NCBI GenBank assembly: GCA_020891255.1
Contig: BQFW01000012.1
Coordinates: forward strand, 2,232,001 to 2,296,000
DNA: 64,000 nucleotides
Source of the DNA: Entomortierella parvispora E1425
Lineage: Eukaryota; Fungi; Mortierellomycota
Direction of reading: 5' to 3'
Shown here: piece after piece, positions 60,683 through 64,000 of the stretch
Layout: each line of letters starts with the position of its first letter
Position numbering within the stretch: the first letter of the stretch is position 1
Program-made: the position numbers and the translations under genes
The notes under the pieces: generated by a model
Seen by the model: the letters and a program-made list of their open reading frames with translations, nothing else
Database searches by the model: none
What the model was told of the DNA's origin: nothing

Positions 60683-63600
60683 GTTTGGATATTGGGGATG
60701 AGGTTTTCAGATGTAGCGATATGAATGGAAGAAATGAGACAAATCCAAACGAGAGAATGAAAGAAATATAAAAAAATAAAACTATGTATGAAAAGGAGTG
60801 GGGAGTGAGTGCGCGTTAGATGGCTTGTTCAGAGGCAGGGAAGGAGGGGGGACGAGGAGAATAAGGACGTCCAGTCAGGAAGCGACGGCGTCAATTGAAG
60901 AAAAAAAAAGAAGAGAGGGGGGAGTAAAAGGATATCGCAAAAAAAAAGAGAAGAGAGAGAAAGAGAGAAAGAGAGAGGGGGGTAAAAAGGGAAAGGGAAA
61001 GTCAACCAGAGGAGGAGGGGGGGGGGGAGGAGAGGAGGACTGATCGGGCGAATTCTTGAGGTTGCCTCGAGGGCTGGACCTTATTCGATTGGGCAATGGT
61101 CCACAACAACAACAAAAGAATGGTCCCCTGCTGCAACTCTTCAGCTCTCAGCGCGTATGACAGAACCTGGGAGACAAGGTCGGACGTTGTGTGTCTATGG
61201 AGTGCAGACAACAACAAGCGTTCGTTAGAAATCGGCGTCCAACAACGTCGTCGGGATAGGACGAGGCAACTGACAGTGGAAGAGAGGCAGAGAGAAGGTT
61301 GACGCTGTCCTCCCACGACCTATCATGTCATACTTCCTTCCAATTTCTGCGCAGGGCCAGAAAGGGGGCAAGAGAAGAAAACCCTCACAGAGACTCCCGC
61401 CTGTTCTCCCAAGGGGGAAGAGGGGTCAGGCAAAATTGAACACCAGGGTAACGCACACAGCACGGCCAAGCAAGAACCATTGTCTACAGGCATCCCGTAT
61501 ATTCGGGTCTTCTTTTGTCACTTTTGACTGTGGACCTGAATCCCTTTCACCACCGTCTTCTCACTCTCCAGCACCCCTTGACCCTTTTTTTGCTCAATTT
61601 TGTCAGCTCACGTTCGCCACTCCTTCTCCTCCGCCATGCAAGGTCTTCATCCCCTTGAGAATTCAGGATTGAAATGAGCAGGGCTACGACTGTTGATGGG
61701 CCAAAAAAAAAAAAAAAAAAAACAGAAACACGGAGAACTGACTGAAGCCGAAGGGGGAAAAAAAAGACTTGAAAAGCACCATGCACAAACAGGTATGAGT
61801 TCATCACCCACCACCACCCCACGCGTGTGGCGAAGAATCCCAAAAAAGGGGGGGATTGTGGCGAATGACGGGCATCAGTAGTCGTAGAAGTGGGTTGGCC
61901 ATGATAGACGCGAACAATGTCGACGTATTGTTGGGCTGGTACCGTCGTTGATCAGAAAAGACAGGGTGCGGAGAAAACAGGAAAGGAAGGCTTTTCCCAC
62001 CTTCTAAGGTGTAATGGACTGACTGCGCCGTGTCATGCCTATTCTGATGATGCTGAAGAAAGAAGAACCAGAAAAGAAAAAGAGAAAACGAGAACAAAAT
62101 AAAAGTGTGGCAAAGGAAAAAAACAAAATTGGACTAAAATGTAACAAAATAAGACGCCAGGGCCGATGGACGGGGGAACGTCGATCGGGGAGGGGGGAGA
62201 ATCATGGGATGTGAAGTTGCGGGCAGAGCGTCCATCTGAATGAACAACAAAACAAAACAAAAAAAAAATGCGAAAAAAAGGAAGACAGAGAGGACACAGT
62301 GTCGACTGGCTGCATGCTGTGCGCACAAAGCTGCATATCCGAGGGAAGAAGATCTGGTCGATCTTCGGATCAAACATGACGCCTTGTCAGTCACCTTTTT
62401 TGAATTCTAATTGCTTAGATTGGATTGGGTTGAGGTGAAGAAGGGGGGCGGAGGTGGAGTAGGATGAACTGGGGAAGAATGATGTGGCGATGTTGCTTCA
62501 AAGCGTTTGTTTAAAAAATCAAGTCGTGACTCAGGGGAATGGGGTGGAGGACAAGTGTCAAGAACAAAAGGTCGATGTGCTGGGGCAAAGGCGAGGGGTA
62601 ACACGGCGGGACAATTGAAAATCATAAACAAAAAAGAAATTGAAGGTCTTCAACTGAAAAGGCGTGTGTGCGTAAGATGAGAAGATGGAGATGGAGACGC
62701 CTTCCTTTCTGCACTCGCTCACATTCTAGCCAGGAGCAAAGGGAGGGGAAGAAGGGGAACAGACAGAGAGCAAAGTGGGGATCATCATCATTGGCGGGTG
62801 ATTATGTATGCACTGAGGCGGGATAGGATCGTGAATGCAAAGGCAAGATCAAGCCTGGAAGGAGAGGGGGGAGGGGAGACGACAGAGGTGGTGGGGGGAT
62901 GGGGAGAGTATGGACATGGAGCTACATGTTGGCGACTCGGGGGTTGCATGTGCTTTCATTTTCTTTACCTTGTTGATTGTTTGGGATGGCTTTGTTTTGT
63001 CCTGGGTCGTTCTTGCCTTGAAAGGGGAAGAAATATACTCTAGAATATGAGGCTAACGGTCAGGTAAGGTCAGGGATTTGAGTGTAAGCAAAGGGGTTTG
63101 GTTTTGATGCACGTTGGCGGATCAGAGCCGTTACAATGGAATGTAATGCATGGGTAGTCAACAAATAAAGAAAGCAAGTGAGAGAGAGAGAGAGAGAAGG
63201 AGACAGAGAATGGGAAACAAAGAGGAAAATGTCCGAGGAACGACGATTACAATGAGGACCAGGGGTAAGGAACGAGCAAACGTGTCCGAATCAGGGGGGG
63301 AGGAAGAGATAGCCAAATCTTTGCCGCGCGTGCAGGACTGAAGCAAAGGTTGTGATGGGGAGGAGGAAAGGAAGGATTGGAAGGGAAAAGGAGCGGCGTA
63401 GGATGAAATTGACGATGTGATGCAGGAAAAGAAGGAGAATAAAAAGGGAAAGGACGCTCTATGGGGGAAGGAGAAAAGGAATGAGAGAATGGGGGAATGA
63501 ATGGAGTGAAGGAATGGGCGTCAAAGACAATGTGTGAGTTCGGAAGAGGTCCGTTCGGACGCACTGAACGAAACGGTCTGCCGGTGGCCCAGAGGGCGGC

Positions 63601-64000
63601 CGGGCTGCCCGTCTGCCCGTCTGTGAAAACGTTCCTTTCGGCTTTGCAGATTTGGTTCTCGTCCCAAGGAATCGACCGACCCCCAGGGGGGAACTCTCTG
63701 CTGCTGGCTGGCTGGGCTGGGCTGGCTGGTCTGGTGGGAAGGAAAAGTGAATCATCGAATCGCATCGATATGAATTATGAATCACAAAAGGAAAGCGAAA
63801 AACTAGAGACCGACCAGGGCGACTCAATTGAATCGAATCGCGCCTATTGAAAACCGAAAGGAAGGACCTCTAGAACAAACAACTCGTCACGCAAATCGGG
63901 TACAGTGCAGATGAAAGGGGAAGAACCAACAGGAGGGAAAGAGTGCTAGAAAGGTAAGGACTTGAGAGAAACCAGACCGTCGGGTTGGGTTTTTCATCCC

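Overview
A 64-kb window of intron-rich eukaryotic DNA. Short GT-AG introns, CTAAC/CTGAC branch points, long homopolymer tracts and the gene repertoire point to a fungus, most consistent with an early-diverging lineage such as Mortierellaceae/Mucoromycota (inference). I reconstructed 20 spliced gene models by hand; all but MED16 were summed exon by exon to a whole number of codons. In order: a three-repeat (R1R2R3) Myb factor whose first exon lies across a 1.76-kb intron, GRX5 (six small exons, invisible in the ORF track), MED16, a stand-alone MATH-domain protein, a secreted RlpA-like DPBB protein, a divergent signal peptide peptidase, MDE1/mtnB, alanine aminotransferase, ATG10, a CSC1/OSCA channel with a GC-AG intron, a SERF/4F5 protein, MPC2, a MINDY deubiquitinase, a TPR-F-box-LRR protein, TPI1, a peroxisomal PECR-like SDR, two tandem CE4 deacetylases, an intronless bacterial-type ACT-domain gene, and a protein with two Myb/SANT-like repeats. 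The most notable oddities are a lone in-frame TAA at codon 9 of the otherwise intact PECR-like gene, a stop-free in-frame intron splitting the MINDY active-site motif, the possible horizontally acquired ACT gene, and altered catalytic motifs in the SPP. I saw no tRNA, rRNA, CRISPR array or recognisable transposon, and I cannot support a wholly new multi-gene system; the clustering ideas are flagged as weak.
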